The notes below the pieces were generated by a model. It did not search any database. It was not told the origin of the DNA and worked only from the letters and a program-made list of their open reading frames with translations. A stretch of 52,876 nucleotides of DNA, the filler included, from Sphacelaria rigidula (Eukaryota): assembly GCA_964200075.2 (NCBI GenBank). It is 4 parts of 4 records of this genome, joined end to end, with 100 filler letters (N's around TTAATTAATTAA, not from the genome) between each part and the next. Parts side by side here need not be neighbours in the genome. Positions count along the whole stretch, not along the records: positions 1 to 13,146 come from CAXNAA020003116.1; 3 more parts are not named here. One strand, given 5' to 3'. Both the position numbers and the translations under genes were made by a program. Below, in pieces: positions 1 through 12,610 of this stretch; positions within the stretch are counted from its first letter, which is position 1; the number at the start of each line of letters is the position of its first letter.

Positions 1-75
1 GCTCCGTCTTGAAAGGGATGCGTGGTCAATGATCGAACGACTAAGGCAAGCAACAAATGAGTACGCCCCCCCCCC
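1..75 (+). mobile_element. 3' terminus of oligo(C)-associated LINE family A
   Basis: GCTCCGTCTTGAAAGGGATGCGTGGTCAATG...GCAAGCAACAAATGAGTACG followed by C10; further copies at 1229-1305, 1381-1451, 3495-3560, 13310-13370(-), 14617-14750(-), 37339-37565(-). Confidence 0.75.
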
Positions 76-84
76 TCTCCTCTG

Positions 85-1305
85 GTACATGGTTGTACTG
101 GAGCTAGAAGATACAGGGGTACGGCACGGGAACGCGAAGTAAGTGAAGCTGCTGGAAAATGTTTAGATGGTAGCAGCTCAGGAAATGCTTGGATGCTCAA
201 ACACGACGAGTAATACGATCAGTATTGAGAACAGAATCGGAAATGTACCAATTTGTTGCAGACATGAGAAAATCGAAATGGCAAGACACCATTAGGAGCA
301 TGCCGAGGGCGAGATTGCTAGCCACAGTTCCCCCTTCTTCTTTTTTTTCTTGTTTTAGGTCGGCCATTTCTTTTTATGCTTTGCTTGTGTTGACTTTTTC
401 ATCACCTTTTTTTCGTTACGACTTAGTCTGCTATGTCGTTCTGTTCGACCCACCCCTTTTTTTTGTTCCTTCTTTTTCTGAGAGCGTATTTATGTTTCGT
501 TTTTGTTGGGTACGTCTATCATGAGACCACGGCTGGACCCCTGGGGGGTCAGTTAATGTGCGACAATCAATCAAAATCAATCAGTTGATGGGGCTGTATG
601 GAAGGAAGTAACGAAGGGGAAGGCTGGGAAAATGGGTAAACATGTACTCGTAGTCGAGAAAGTATGGAAGAGACAAGACGAGAAAATACCCGTAGGTGAG
701 TTTTGGGAGTACAAAACAAAGGTAAGATATGTGATAGAAATGAGGGGAAAACGAGCACTTAGATGGAGCGTAAACGAGGAAAAACAGCTAAAAATACACG
801 GGGGGCTGAGCGAGGGGATAGTGGTGGAATCATATCTCCACGGCCCGATGGATTACGCGGGAAACTTGAAACTATGATGTCGGGTGGAGGACCTGGACCT
901 GCCAGAAAGAAGGTATACCAGTTGTCGGATGGAGGGGGGCGTAGATGCACAGCACTGCTCCTGCGGCAAAGCAAAAGAGTATAACTCATGAAGTGGCATT
1001 TGTGAATTTTTCAGGGAGGAGCGGGGCGTGTTGGAGAGGAGATGTAAGAAGTGAATGAAGAGGCATAAAGTCGTTTGTTACATTAAACAGTAGCCAGAAA
1101 ACCATCGCTGTACTAGGAGGTGGATGGTGGCCACAGACGGCGAAACAGGAAGGGGGTAATATGTGTGAAAGATTTTTGTGTAGCGTTCGGAAGAAACGTC
1201 ATCGGTGCCCAAATGTTGGAGGCGTAGTGCTCCGTTGTTTTGAAAGGAATGCTAGGTCAGTGGTCAAACGACTAATGCAAGCAACAAAAGAGTACATCCC
1301 TCCCC
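85..1305 (+). mobile_element. Decayed 5'-truncated non-LTR retrotransposon (ORF2 C-terminal region), oligo(C)-associated family
   Basis: Frameshifted coding remnants (VVEKVWK...YLHGPMDYAGNLKL, RVGGPGP/ERRYTS, CSCGK..TH..C knuckle at 956-1003, KTIAVLGGGWWPQTAKQEG) ending in the family 3' motif GGTCAAACGACTAAxGCAAGCAACAAAxGAGTAC plus a C-run; interrupted by the insertion at 330-581. Confidence 0.7.
330..581 (+). mobile_element. 3'-UTR fragment of an RTE-like LINE with (AATC)n tail
   Basis: Ends GAGACCACGGCTGGACCCCTGGGGGGTCAGTTAATGTGCGACAATCAATC; homologous to 25140-25410 (-); CAGTT duplicated at 325-329 and 582-586. Confidence 0.75.
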
Positions 1306-3480
1306 TGGCCCCATTTAGTCAAGGAAGAAAGGCATTCTATGTACGGAACCCTCCACCCCCCCCACACACACCTATAGACGATGCTTGTCTCGAAAGGGAT
1401 GCATGGTCAATGGCCAAACGACTAAGGCAAGCGACAAATGAGTGCACCCCCGTATAAAAAATACACATACCAGCACTCACACTCTTCGCGCCTGCATGTC
1501 ACATTGTGAACGCTGCGGCTCTCCTAAACCCAAAGTTCCAGCTGGCTTTGTTGAAGAACAAAATCGCATCGACCACTGATGACTTTAAGCTTTCAAAGAC
1601 TTGGGCGAAGTATGGGCCATAGATCAGGCATTATAGGACCTCAGTAGTGCCTGGAAGCTACGATGTGAAGGCTTCGTTGAGCAGAGGGTATATGAGGAAG
1701 ACCTGCAGATGGTCATTGAAGAGATGGAGCAGACAGAGGAAACCCCCAAAAGAGATAACAACGGAACGTGCTGTTGCCCAGTAGCGACGCCCTGTGCCTT
1801 CTGCAGCTTCTTCTCGGCCGGTATCGACGTGGGAGAAGAAAAACGAGCGCCTTGGCAAGATCTGCTGCGACGAAGATGACCAGAATAAATGAGGATGGTC
1901 CGAATAGACGAGATGATAACCCGAATTGGGCGGAAGGAGGAAGCGGAGCTGGCTAACACGACGACCTGCTATCGGGGACATCGACGATGACCTCGATGAA
2001 ACGAGGAGCCCCTGCTGCTCGACATCCCAACGGTATATGTCCTGGTGAGCCGGTGCCGGCCGCACTCACCACAGCACTCGTGAAAACGTCGATAATGCCG
2101 CGGCTGGTCATCAGATGACTCAAGGGGATCATCATGCTGCAGGCTCAAGCGCGCACTCGCCACCTGTACGACTGCAGAGTATCCATTGGTCGCGACGGTA
2201 GCACACACACAGCGTGAAGCTTCCATTGACCAAGTACTCGGTGGAATGTTTGTCGGGTGTGGAATCTTCGGCGCTGCTGGGGTGCCTTGCTTCCACCGCG
2301 GGATCTGACGAAGAGTAGGAGGATGGGGAGGGGGGTAGGGGCGAGGTAGCGGAGGAAGATAAGGTCGCAGCGCCCGTGGGGAGGGGAATGGGGGTTGGAC
2401 CGGGCCAAGCGCAAGCGCGTCAACTTGGACGAGAGGGTGCCCTCGGTAACAAGATCAAGCGGCAGGAGGCGCACGACTAGCGTGCGCCTGACGGAACGCT
2501 GGTCGGTGTTTGAAGAACGGTATCGGTCTTGAAGAGGCTTACGTGGTCAGTGCTCTTGCATATTGTGAATGTACAGCACTATCACGCGTTTGGTTTTTCT
2601 TGCACGGCGATTCTCCCACACGGTGAAGTATCAAGGTGCAAAGGGCTGCCGGTAGACATTTTCTGCATCTAGGCGTAGAACGTGTACAATGAAAAAGTGT
2701 GGTTTCCCGCTCGTGTAGAAGAAGAACGTCAGGCTGAATGTGTTTTCTGGTTTTCGATGGCGGGCCGATACTGCATGTACGTTTTCGATTGCCCAGTATA
2801 TTCGTCAACAGGATTCCACACAAATGGTGCACGCTCATGACCAACCCTCGGCTATCATATATGTAAATTAAGTACCCTGTGCCTCACTTCCAAGGTCTGA
2901 GCATTGTGAGGAAAGTGCTGGGACACCTGAAGCGTTTCTTTCATGTTGCATTGCACATCACATCGTGTCATCTGCAGTGTACTTTTGTCATGTAAAGTTG
3001 TACTATACCGCTGCTCGAACCTACGGAGACGTTTTTCATGAGGACAAAATTGCAGTTCGGCGTAGTACAAAACAACCGGTCTCTCATCCCTTTCCACTGC
3101 ATACAGTCGACCTTGCTTCTATTGCTAGTCTCACAGTGAAGACAAGAGAGCATATATATTGATGCCATGAGAAAGGGCAAGCGGGGCGCAAAAGATCTCG
3201 CAAAGAAGAAGAATCCCCCTTGTTTTTGTGTGCCTCAATAGCTCACTTAGCCATAACAGCCAAGGTAAAACACAGCTTGACTCCGAAGTGTTCCAGGTTA
3301 GGTGAGCTGTGCAGGAACATAATGGACCAAGCGGCCAATCAAAATAATGAAGCTGTGACTCCTGTCCCGTGTGGGCTTGCTGTGTGACACAGAAATTTCC
3401 TCCAGACACATATGGTTAATCTGGAAAGCATTTCGGTTGAGTGCGAAACCCGCATGCTTCCCCCCCCCCCCTCCTCCGCG

Positions 3481-3570
3481 CCCCTTCAAGCCCGATGCTC
3501 CGTCTCGAAACGGATGATCAAACGACTATGGCAAGCAACAAATGAGTACCCCCCTCCCCCTTCAAGCCCG
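3481..3570 (+). mobile_element. Short LINE 3'-end insertion with 14-bp target-site duplication
   Basis: CCCCTTCAAGCCCG at 3481-3494 and 3557-3570 flanks the family-A 3' motif. Confidence 0.75.
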
Positions 3571-4239
3571 GGACGCGTGATAGCGACACTATGCCGAGCC
3601 GAAGCGCCCAGCTATAACGTCAGAAATCGTTTATTCCCGCCTTGACCATGAACGGTCAACAACTCAATCTTGTGATATTGCAAGCTAGCTACTGAGTGTC
3701 AATTTCCCCCAGCCATTCTACTCTTCAAAGTGCGAGGGCTTCCTACGAGGCCTTGCTCGTAGCCTGTGACTTGATATTGAGCCCTCTGAACGACTTTTCC
3801 CGCAATAAGTGTCCCAAACCCTTCGTGGCCGAAGGGTTGGAATCGGCGGTTCACATATGGTTTTCATCCCTCGTAGAGCAATGGAACAGTCGGTGAGTGC
3901 AGAAACTACATGTTGGAGTGCATGTTGGGAAGTTGTATACTCTGTACCTGGGGTGGGGGTAACAGAGTGCTGTGCGCATATCCGGAAAAATGAACGGGCG
4001 AATATATTCAGGTTACCTGACAATTTTCGAAGCTATGGTCTAATTGTTGGCAATGGTAGGTCTTACCATTGCAGTGCATGGTTGTAACATGACAGTATTA
4101 TGTCAGCTGAGTACACCACGAACATGCTAGTGCCGTGCCTCTGCCGTAACGTCCTCATGAACATACCACGGTATTCTCATGGCAGTGTGCTGAGTTTCCA
4201 CCAAGGGCCACCTGTTTGTCTGATAGACGCTATCGCTAG

Positions 4240-7193
4240 CACGGGGGGTGAGAACAGGAGAAGAAAATAGCAAAACAGTGGGGGCGTACGGCCGGGACTC
4301 CCCAAACACCTAGGGCAATGGCACTGCTTGCAGGTGACTGACGGGCTCGCCCTGGTCAACACGTTATTTTCTACCCCAGAGGGAGACGCGTTGCGTGCGT
4401 CCAACAGTATTGCTTACCGTCTTGCGGACAAGAAACGTGTTGAGTACATTATCACAAAGCAAGCTAACCACCGGCTTGTTCGATAGGTTACAGTCGACCT
4501 TCAATCACCGAACAACCGTCGTGTGTGCCACAGTGTGATGACTCCTTGGCCGACAGTTCAACAGATACCAGCGTGACCCCACCGGATGAGCATCCGTAGA
4601 TGTGCGAGGGACACCGACACCCGTGGGTGACTGAAGACTATCGTCAGCAAGCTTAAACGGAGCAAACCCGGATGCACCCCAGGAACTAGCAGCGAACTCG
4701 CGAAAATACTCCTGAGATTCTAAGGGTGGAGATGCCATGTCTGACCTCACCGCCCCGTGAGCAAGGGTGGTTTGGGGATGCTGCGATCCGAGCCGAGTTC
4801 GAAGTGGCCTGGAATTAGCGGGAGGGGAAAAGGCTAATACTACGAATAGGGTGGTCAGGTGGCCCCGCATAACGCTCCTCGCGACCAGGGTACAGAAGGC
4901 TCAAAGAGGCGAATCAAGCTGAGTTAGACAGGTACCTGGGTATGATGCGCAGGGACCGGAGGCGCACATTGAAATTGGGGACATCAGAGGCTGGTACAGG
5001 CACCTGAAAGGGGGATGGAGGTAATCGAGAAGGTGGAGAGCGAGTAATCTATTAAGGATATAAAGACGGATAACCGCTGCGGTGTAAGGATCCAATTATC
5101 CAATTCATGATAGATGGAAACGAGTATTCTCAACCTCGTCGAATATAGCATCGGCAGCTATCGATCCATCCGTCATCGGGAACATCACACCACGGCCGAG
5201 AGCTGTCACTCATAGACCCGTCAATCTTGGACGAAACATAAGAGGCAAGGAAAGCCACATCTAACGGCAAAGCCACGGGACCGAATAAGCTACCCGCTGG
5301 ACTACTCAAGCTTGGATCGATCAGGGAGTCTGCAGAGATCCTGTACCACTTCTGCGGCATCATTATTACTGTTTTAAAGTCTATAGAGGTGCCTCAAGTG
5401 TGGATGCCATTCTCAATATGCTGCACAAGAAGAAGAATGTCACTGAGCGTGGCAACTACAGGAGCATTTTCTCGTGGCGCATGCCGATGAATTGATCCTT
5501 CAAATCGTAGCCACTCCTAAGCTCGTTGATTTCTGCGAGGAGGCAAGGATTTCCCCGCAATAATGGTGCGGATTCCGGCAAAAACGATCGGCCACCGATA
5601 AGATGTTCTCAGTAGGGCTGACTACAGGAGTTGGGACCGGCGGTAATGTCCCATTGAATATGTGCTTCGTTGACCTTTAGAAGACGTGGAACTCGGTAGA
5701 TCGTACGCTCTAGTGGAAAGTTTTTCTCCATTGCGGAGTCCTGCTGTGGACGAAGGAGGTCTTCGTATGTTCCACGATGACATGCAGGTTCGGATGTAGC
5801 TGTATGATCGCCAACTATCACAGTGTTTTCGCGTCTGCTGGGGACTCAGGCAAGGATGCGCTTCACTCCCGTTTCTGCTCTGCATCTTCAGCGCGGCATC
5901 GGTCGATGTAACCTCACTGCGCTGCGCACCAGACCCGCCCATCGTCTCAGCCTTTTTACACCTAGATCATGCGCAAAACGTGAAGATGGTAACTTCACAG
6001 AAGAGACGCGGCTGGAGGAGGTACGGCGCACGGTGTGAGGAACGCTGTGCGCGGATGACGCGGGCGTAGCCTTGAGATGTCCCGACGAGCTCGCAAGAAA
6101 GATGGCTGTGATTATGGTGGGCTGCCAGAAGCTTGGTTTGACAGTATCGGAGAACAGGGCACTTATGCGCCTGTGGTGGGTCCTCAGCTCCCGAATGACG
6201 GCACGGCATATCAAAGCAGTACGCCGATGGTATAAGGAGACGGTCGAGTTCATTCCCCTTGGTTGTGCTGTCAGTAAGGAAGCGAACTTGATGAAATCAA
6301 GTGCGACATAAGCGCTACGTGGGCACGTCTCCGAACATATACTTTGCAACTCTACGGTCGGCCCAATGCCCGGCTTTATCACAAAAAACTGTTTGCTCAA
6401 AGCGGGGGTGGCGAATGCACTAGATGAACGTTGCGCCCAAAGGACTTCCAAAGTCTGCGCACCGCCCCCCACAAGTTCTTGCAAAGAGAAGCTGGTTTTG
6501 CGAGAACGACGGCAGTGGGCGCAAATATCTTTCCTACATAGCTGTGTTCGAGATGACCCGGTACGAGCGTATCGAGATGACCATGCGCAAGCGTCAACTC
6601 TGGTTTGCGGGGAGCTCTGTCCGACAAGATAAAACCTGCCTCCCGAAGCACATCATGTTAGGACGATCGGCCGAACAAAAACCCAAGGAAGCCAGTCGCC
6701 CTTCCAGGGGAAATCGCCTTCGTGAGAACACGCGTGCCTTCATAAGGGCTATTCCACGCAAGGGAGGACGAGCGAAGTGTTTAGTTTGTCTATGGCGTGG
6801 AGGTCAAGGACTCGGCAAGCCGGGTCACTGCTTCGGAGAACATGGGCAAATGCGCCCTTAGCGAGGACTTCGAGGAGGTGTGGCAACGCGAAGACCCACA
6901 CCAACCCAACCTACGTCACAAGCGAGAGATTTGCGTTGAGAGCCGCCAATGGAAGAGCCCTTCGCGCTGGCGTATCAGTAGCAGTAATAGCCTGGAAAGG
7001 ATCCATGATTAAAATGGTGGAGGGTGTGCCCCTCTTCCTTTCCCATGTTTTCGTCCTTCCTCGCCTTGTCTCCTTCTCCCCCCCCTTCTTCTTCTCCCCC
7101 TTTTGTTTTGTTCTAATGCGCATATGTTTGTCCGTTTGTTGTTGTTGTTGTTGTTGTTGTTCTTGTTGTTGTTGTTCTTGTTGTTGTTGTTGT

Positions 7194-7234
<41 letters not shown>

Positions 7235-7640
7235 CTGCTGTTTTTGGTGGTGGTGGTGGTGGTGGTGGTGGTGGTGGCTGTTTCAATAACGTATAGCATT
7301 CGCGTCCCCTCCTCCAAAACTTGCATGTAGGAGTTCCCGCCAGAGTCGTACGTTCTCAAGCTAGCTATGTCACAACCTGCTTCCATGGGCTTGTCGGTCT
7401 TGTTTTGTTTTGTATCTGTGAGGATCTTGGACCGGAAGCGATGCGGCAGGGGCCGGTCGTCATTTCGTTTTGTCGCTCTACCTTTACCGTGTTTATTTCC
7501 TGCTTTAGTTTTCACTGTTCTCCTTTTCCGAGTTGGCTCAGCGGGTGTTCCGTTTACTTACCTTAGGCACGTCAATCCTGGGTCCACGGGTGGATTCGTA
7601 GTGGATCAGGTGATGTATGACAATCAGTCGATAAATCGAT
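4240..7640 (+). mobile_element. Decayed RTE-like LINE (AP endonuclease plus reverse transcriptase remnants and 3' UTR)
   Basis: APE remnants (GAYGRD, LALVNTLFSTP, RVEYIITKQ); RT remnants (KATGPNKLPAGLLKLG, TERGNYRSI, CFVDL, TLCADDAGV near 6045-6068, RKRQLWFAG, LPKHIMLGR); terminus GATCAGGTGATGTATGACAATCAGTCGATAAATC; many stops and frameshifts. Confidence 0.85.
7134..7277. repeat. Compound microsatellite (GTT)n(GCT)n(GGT)n in the LINE 3' UTR
   Basis: Direct reading. Confidence 0.95.
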
Positions 7641-9036
7641 GTGTCTATTGGCGGTACGAGGATTGTATTGTGCCATGATAGCTCCACGGTAGTTTTTCAT
7701 GAAACAGTCATGGTGCTCTCACGTCACTTTCATAAGCAATCCTTCCTGTGGTATTGCCATGGTGGTACTGTGACAAATCCGTAACACTGCTGGCGTGGCA
7801 CGAGGCCACCCTGAGGCGACAATTTCAGTATCATAATACCATCACGATGATGTCAGCACCTAGCTCCGATACACCACCTCAACACACATAGCCCAGGAGC
7901 AAACCCTACAGTCGCATGAAACCCGGGTGTGCACCATTAAGGCACACGGCTTCAATGTACACCCTACCAAGGTGCATATCCTACAACAGACTGCGCACCC
8001 TGCCGACATACATAGCGGAGAAACATGGGTGTGGGGCTGCGGCTGGGCTTTGCTACTGGATTTGAGTTGGGGTTCAAGTTCATCGGAGCTTGGAGATGGT
8101 TTACTGCTGCCCGTAAGCATGGAACCACACACACAAACACCTACAACCTACGAAAGTGAAGGTGCTATGGTGGTATTGCACAAGAGGGTGCACGTGAGCC
8201 TTTTAGTTGGATCGGGTTCACGATGGACCTCTCGTAGACGTCAAATGATACCAGGTGCCACTGTATCCCCGCGGAGTTCCATGAACGGCTCCGTAGTGCT
8301 GTGATAGCACTGTTGCGAGCTATCTGACAGGCCTATGATATTGTCGGGGGAGGAACTACCATTGTGGCTGCCAATGCGAGACCCCCAATATCTCAGACGC
8401 TGACTAAACTGTGTTTAATGTATTCTTAGAACGTATTGCGAACTGCCGACCCCTTTCAGCATTCCTGGGCCGTAAACTTGTGATTATAGTACTTGCTGAC
8501 AAAAGTACTGTGTTGCGCACATGATTTGAGCATCTCAGCAGCCCTGTCATCGGAAGTGTGGAGTCATGTCAATAGCAACATTTTTGCTTGTAGATGACTT
8601 TTCGACTTGCAGCCAATCCCCGTTCTCGACCTACATCACACGGTCGCACTAATGCGGTCGTCTACGACATACCGACTGTTCTACAAGTAATAGTTTGGAT
8701 ACACGCATGCGTATCATCGTTGCCGAAGGTCTGTGTTGATACTTTCCGTGCCCACAGCAAATGTGTGGCATTATCCAGGTGGTTCATTGCGATCGCTTTG
8801 GAATGAAACTATAGCGGTCATTTTGAGTCGGTGGCGTGGTACCAGGATGCATATCGTTTCATTTGATTTGTTTACTTCACCCTGCCCTATATCTCATGCT
8901 CAATAATGCAACACCAAGAAATATATACGTACGTGAACTTTCCGGAACGATCTCTATACAATTTTCTCGATCATAAACTATGCCCAGAATGTGTGAGCTG
9001 TATGCCAAGTGTGTATCAATTGTATTTCTCATCGAG

Positions 9037-12000
9037 ACTCCCGCTTTCATACGCGAAAAACAGGCCATTATTCAGAAAATTGCCGATGAGAGGCGGCGCA
9101 GGGCACAAGACGTCCGTCGATCCTGGCTCAACGACCAACAGCACCCTTCTCTTCCTTCCCGAACAGTCGCTCCCCATGAACTCCAGAATTATCCTTCAAC
9201 GTCTGGGGGTGATCATGCATCCCTTGGTCCTGTCTCCTCCGCCAGCAGGCTGTGGAATTCCGAGTCGGCCAGTCCGTCCGCGAATCATAAATTATCCCCG
9301 TCACCCGGCTGTGGGACGAGCCCCTCGGACTCTACACAGTGGCGGGTGAGAGAGGCCTGGGGTAGAGAAGCTGATGTAGAAGCGAGTACGAACGACGGGA
9401 CTCCGAGTACGAGCGGGGCGCATCCCAAGTCGACGTCCGAGAAGCTTCTGTTTTCTTCGAGGGTACCGAACCGGCACGAGCAGGGACGGCGAGATCATTT
9501 CGAAGATCCGTTGCCCGATGGCGATGATGGCGACAGTGATAACGATCGCCTACAGCTACATCGCGGCGATGGCCAGCTGCTAGCTGAAGCTCAAGACGAC
9601 GAGCAGCTCGTGATTAACAAAAACAATCATTACCGGCAACAACGTCAACAACAGCGGCTTGCCCCCTCGGTCCAGAGAAGGCTTGCTCGTCGCACCAACG
9701 GTGGTTCGGTAGGGGGGGGGCGCGATCCTCCGCGACGTCGTGACAGCGGAAGACCGGAGAACAACATCCAAGACATAGCCGCCGCAGTCGACCATCACAC
9801 AATCGATGCCGACGCGCACGCTCGATCAACAGGGGGAACCAGCATTTCTTTAAACAAACAATCTGCGCCTTATTACGCAAACAAGACCGGATCTACCATT
9901 CGTCGTGCCTCGGAAGCCAGCGGCAGTGGCGACAGCGGAGGAGGAGGAGGAGGAGGAGGAGGAGGAGGAGGAGGAGGAGGGGGTTACGGCGGCGGCGATC
10001 GCCACGGAGTCAGCCTGGCTAGTAGGGGTGAGACTTTCACAACACAAGACAAGTACCATGCCGCCGCCCGAGGGTCTAATTCTCTCTGGAATAATAGCTT
10101 TTCACCGACCCGAATCCGAACAGGACGAGAGGCCGCCGGCGGAACCAGACCACTTGACAGGGGACGAGAGCAATGGCAACGCCAAATCGCTGCTGGAACC
10201 CAGGAGAGGGTGCGATACCACTCGGACATTATAGCGCGAGGTGGATCGGTGAGGGGGGAACGGGGAGGTAATGTGTGGGCTGAAGGCAGAGGAGAGTGGG
10301 AGACAAGTGGCGATGTTGAGGAAGCAGGACTGTATCAGATGGACGAGGAAGGAGAGGGGGGGCGGGAGTTTTTCAACGAACGTGCTGTGGATGGCGACGC
10401 GTATCGCTTCAGGAGCTTTAGCGAGGAGGTATGTATGAGAACAGCGTCAGTCCCTCCCAATGTTCTTTTTCTTGTGTGCCTTTTCCAGGCTTCACCCTCG
10501 GGGGAACTAGTAGGACAGGTGTGCTGCTGCAGAGCAAGAGCACAGGCGTCAGGCAATGAGAACAACAAGGGCATGGGATGCGAAAAGCTACGTCCAAACA
10601 AAGATCAAGTCTGCAACCTAAGCAGCTATTTGACATTGCTAAGAGGTCATGAAGACAGGATGTGGTTGCCGTATTCACCGATTATTCACAGTATATTTTG
10701 AAAAATTGACAAAGCTAGGAGCCACATGCGTTCGACGCTTGGCATTCCGTCTTCAGTGATTAAATGTTCGTACTCCCGTTAAAGTTGAAAATGCCAATAC
10801 TGATGGCGGTTATGTCGGTAGGTCAATGCTAGGTGTGTAAGAGGCGTCGCGACTTCTCCCGCGTACGTCCGGCTCCCCCAATGTGCGCCTCATAGTAGGA
10901 CCGTAACACAGTCGTCCCCATCCTAAGCGCATGCCCTATCGTATATTCTCCTGTTTAAAATGACGGCGGATGAAACCAGGTCGCATGATCCGCGAAGATA
11001 TGTAATCTTAGAATGCAACTACGTCTCCATTCCAATGGATTGTCTGCTGTGCGTCTCCCGATTGTGGCTTTTGGAGACGCTGAGATCTTAAATTCAAGAA
11101 GTAGTAATATCACCATTCAGTGACCTCCTAAAGCCACAGGAGAAGCTTTGTCAGGTGACGTGCGGGCTTGTCTGCCCGGAGTTACAAGAACATTAGCCGT
11201 CCCTTTATCCGACCACCGGGTTCCTGCGGCTCACGTTGACGTTAACATTCACATGTCGACACGAGTAAAAAGTGAGACCGGCAGCGTCTAGTAACGCCTG
11301 TGAGAGTAAACATACGTGATTCCTAGCCCTTGCTCACCCGCCCCTCGTGAGTCGTTGCATATTGTTTTGCGAGAGACTCGTCCGTTTTCACCAGAAATCT
11401 GAGTACCAGTCGTCTGCCGTTCATTGTTCACTTGTATCATGTGCCTTTCAGCTTTTCTGTTGGACTGTACGAGTAGTATGCTCTCAGTCAAATTTCTTTT
11501 CCCCCGACCTATGTTCCCTCACGGCCTTGCGGTGTTTCGCCCCATGACCGTAGCGCGCTCGACGGGGTGAAGAGTTACTCCGCCGAGAGCTCATGAGCGA
11601 GTGCACTTTCACACCCAAGATTAAGACCCTACCACAGGTATGGCTCAGGATCGTTGCTCATGAAGCTGATAGGGACGGGGCAGGGAGGGGGGAGTCGGGG
11701 TCATGTGCGAAAGAGGCCATGGATCCTAACGTACGAGTGCGTGCGTGAAACCTTCAATAAACATGTCCGTTGTGACATGCGATTTCGGGGAAGTGGATTT
11801 ATTGTCCAACCGAGTATGCAGCCACGCCCAGGGTGATTGACCTGGTGAGTTGTACTGCTCGACTCTTGTTGCCGTAGGTGCTGTGATCCACGGGTGGAGG
11901 TGGCATGGTTAACGTCTTGTTGTTGATTTCTCTCGCAGCAACATGAGCAGCTCACCGCCTCTCTTGTGCGCTCACGCACATCCTCTGCGCACTAAAATGC

Positions 12001-12282
12001 AGTAGACAACGTAGGAAGGAACGATCGGCTATCGGCGATCCCTCCGTTTCAAACGCTCAGCTTGAGATGACTGCTCCGTCCTCACAGAGATCAGTGATGC
12101 TTGGTCAAATGATATTGGGTATACCAAATGTGAGTGCGCCCCACCCCCCCCGCTTGTGTCACTTCCAATGTCGTCAGAGCTACGGGGCGACACAGCGTGA
12201 GGAAACGCCGTTCCTGCAGCGTGTCAGTCAGTGGCAAAAGGAAAAGGAGAAAGAGGCCGTGGCTAGAAAAGCTGATGAAGAG
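9037..12282 (+). CDS. Uncharacterised protein, partial: long low-complexity exon plus charged helical exons with an ECTFTPKI motif; exons about 9037(or 9064)-10428, 11554-11637, 12178-12282
   Basis: 1.4-kb stop-free GC-rich frame ends at GAG|GTATGT. Phase-0 exons TAG|RARRGEELLRRELMSECTFTPKIKTLPQ|GTATGG and CAG|SYGATQREETPFLQRVSQWQKEKEKEAVARKADEE|GTGAGA follow. The 5' boundary is uncertain and the gene runs off the contig end. Confidence 0.75.
9937..9978 (+). repeat. (GGA)14 coding for poly-Gly
   Basis: In frame within the long exon. Confidence 0.9.
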
Positions 12283-12359
12283 GTGAGATCCGCTCTGAGC
12301 TTCCCGTCTTTTCCATCCCCTCCTCCACCTCCTCTGTTTCGCCTCCTTCTTCTTTCACC

Positions 12360-12610
12360 TGCCATAACACAGCCCGGACATGGACATTATTATTTATTAT
12401 TATTTCCGCACATTAGACAAGAAATGAAAAAACTAACCATCCTTTTTCTTTGGCCTACCATAACACAGCCCAGATGTAGACATGAAATTAAGAAGCTAAC
12501 CGTCCTTTTTCTTCAACCGATCATAACACAGCATGGATATAGACCTGAAATATCCGAGATTTTCCCCCCCATATCACAACAAAGGCAAGACAAATATAAA
12601 ACCAACATCT
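12360..12610. repeat. Degenerate intronic minisatellite (unit about 63 bp)
   Basis: CATAACACAGC...AGACATGAAAT...CTAACC.TCCTTTTTCTT units repeated 3-4 times. Confidence 0.6.

Noticed and set aside
6777..7515. Poly-Cys/Trp, poly-Asn and poly-Leu ORFs
   Set aside because: Translations of a trinucleotide microsatellite in a LINE UTR.
10429..10701. C-terminal 90 aa of the 573-aa ORF
   Set aside because: Lies after a strong GTATGT donor with a composition change; intronic read-through.
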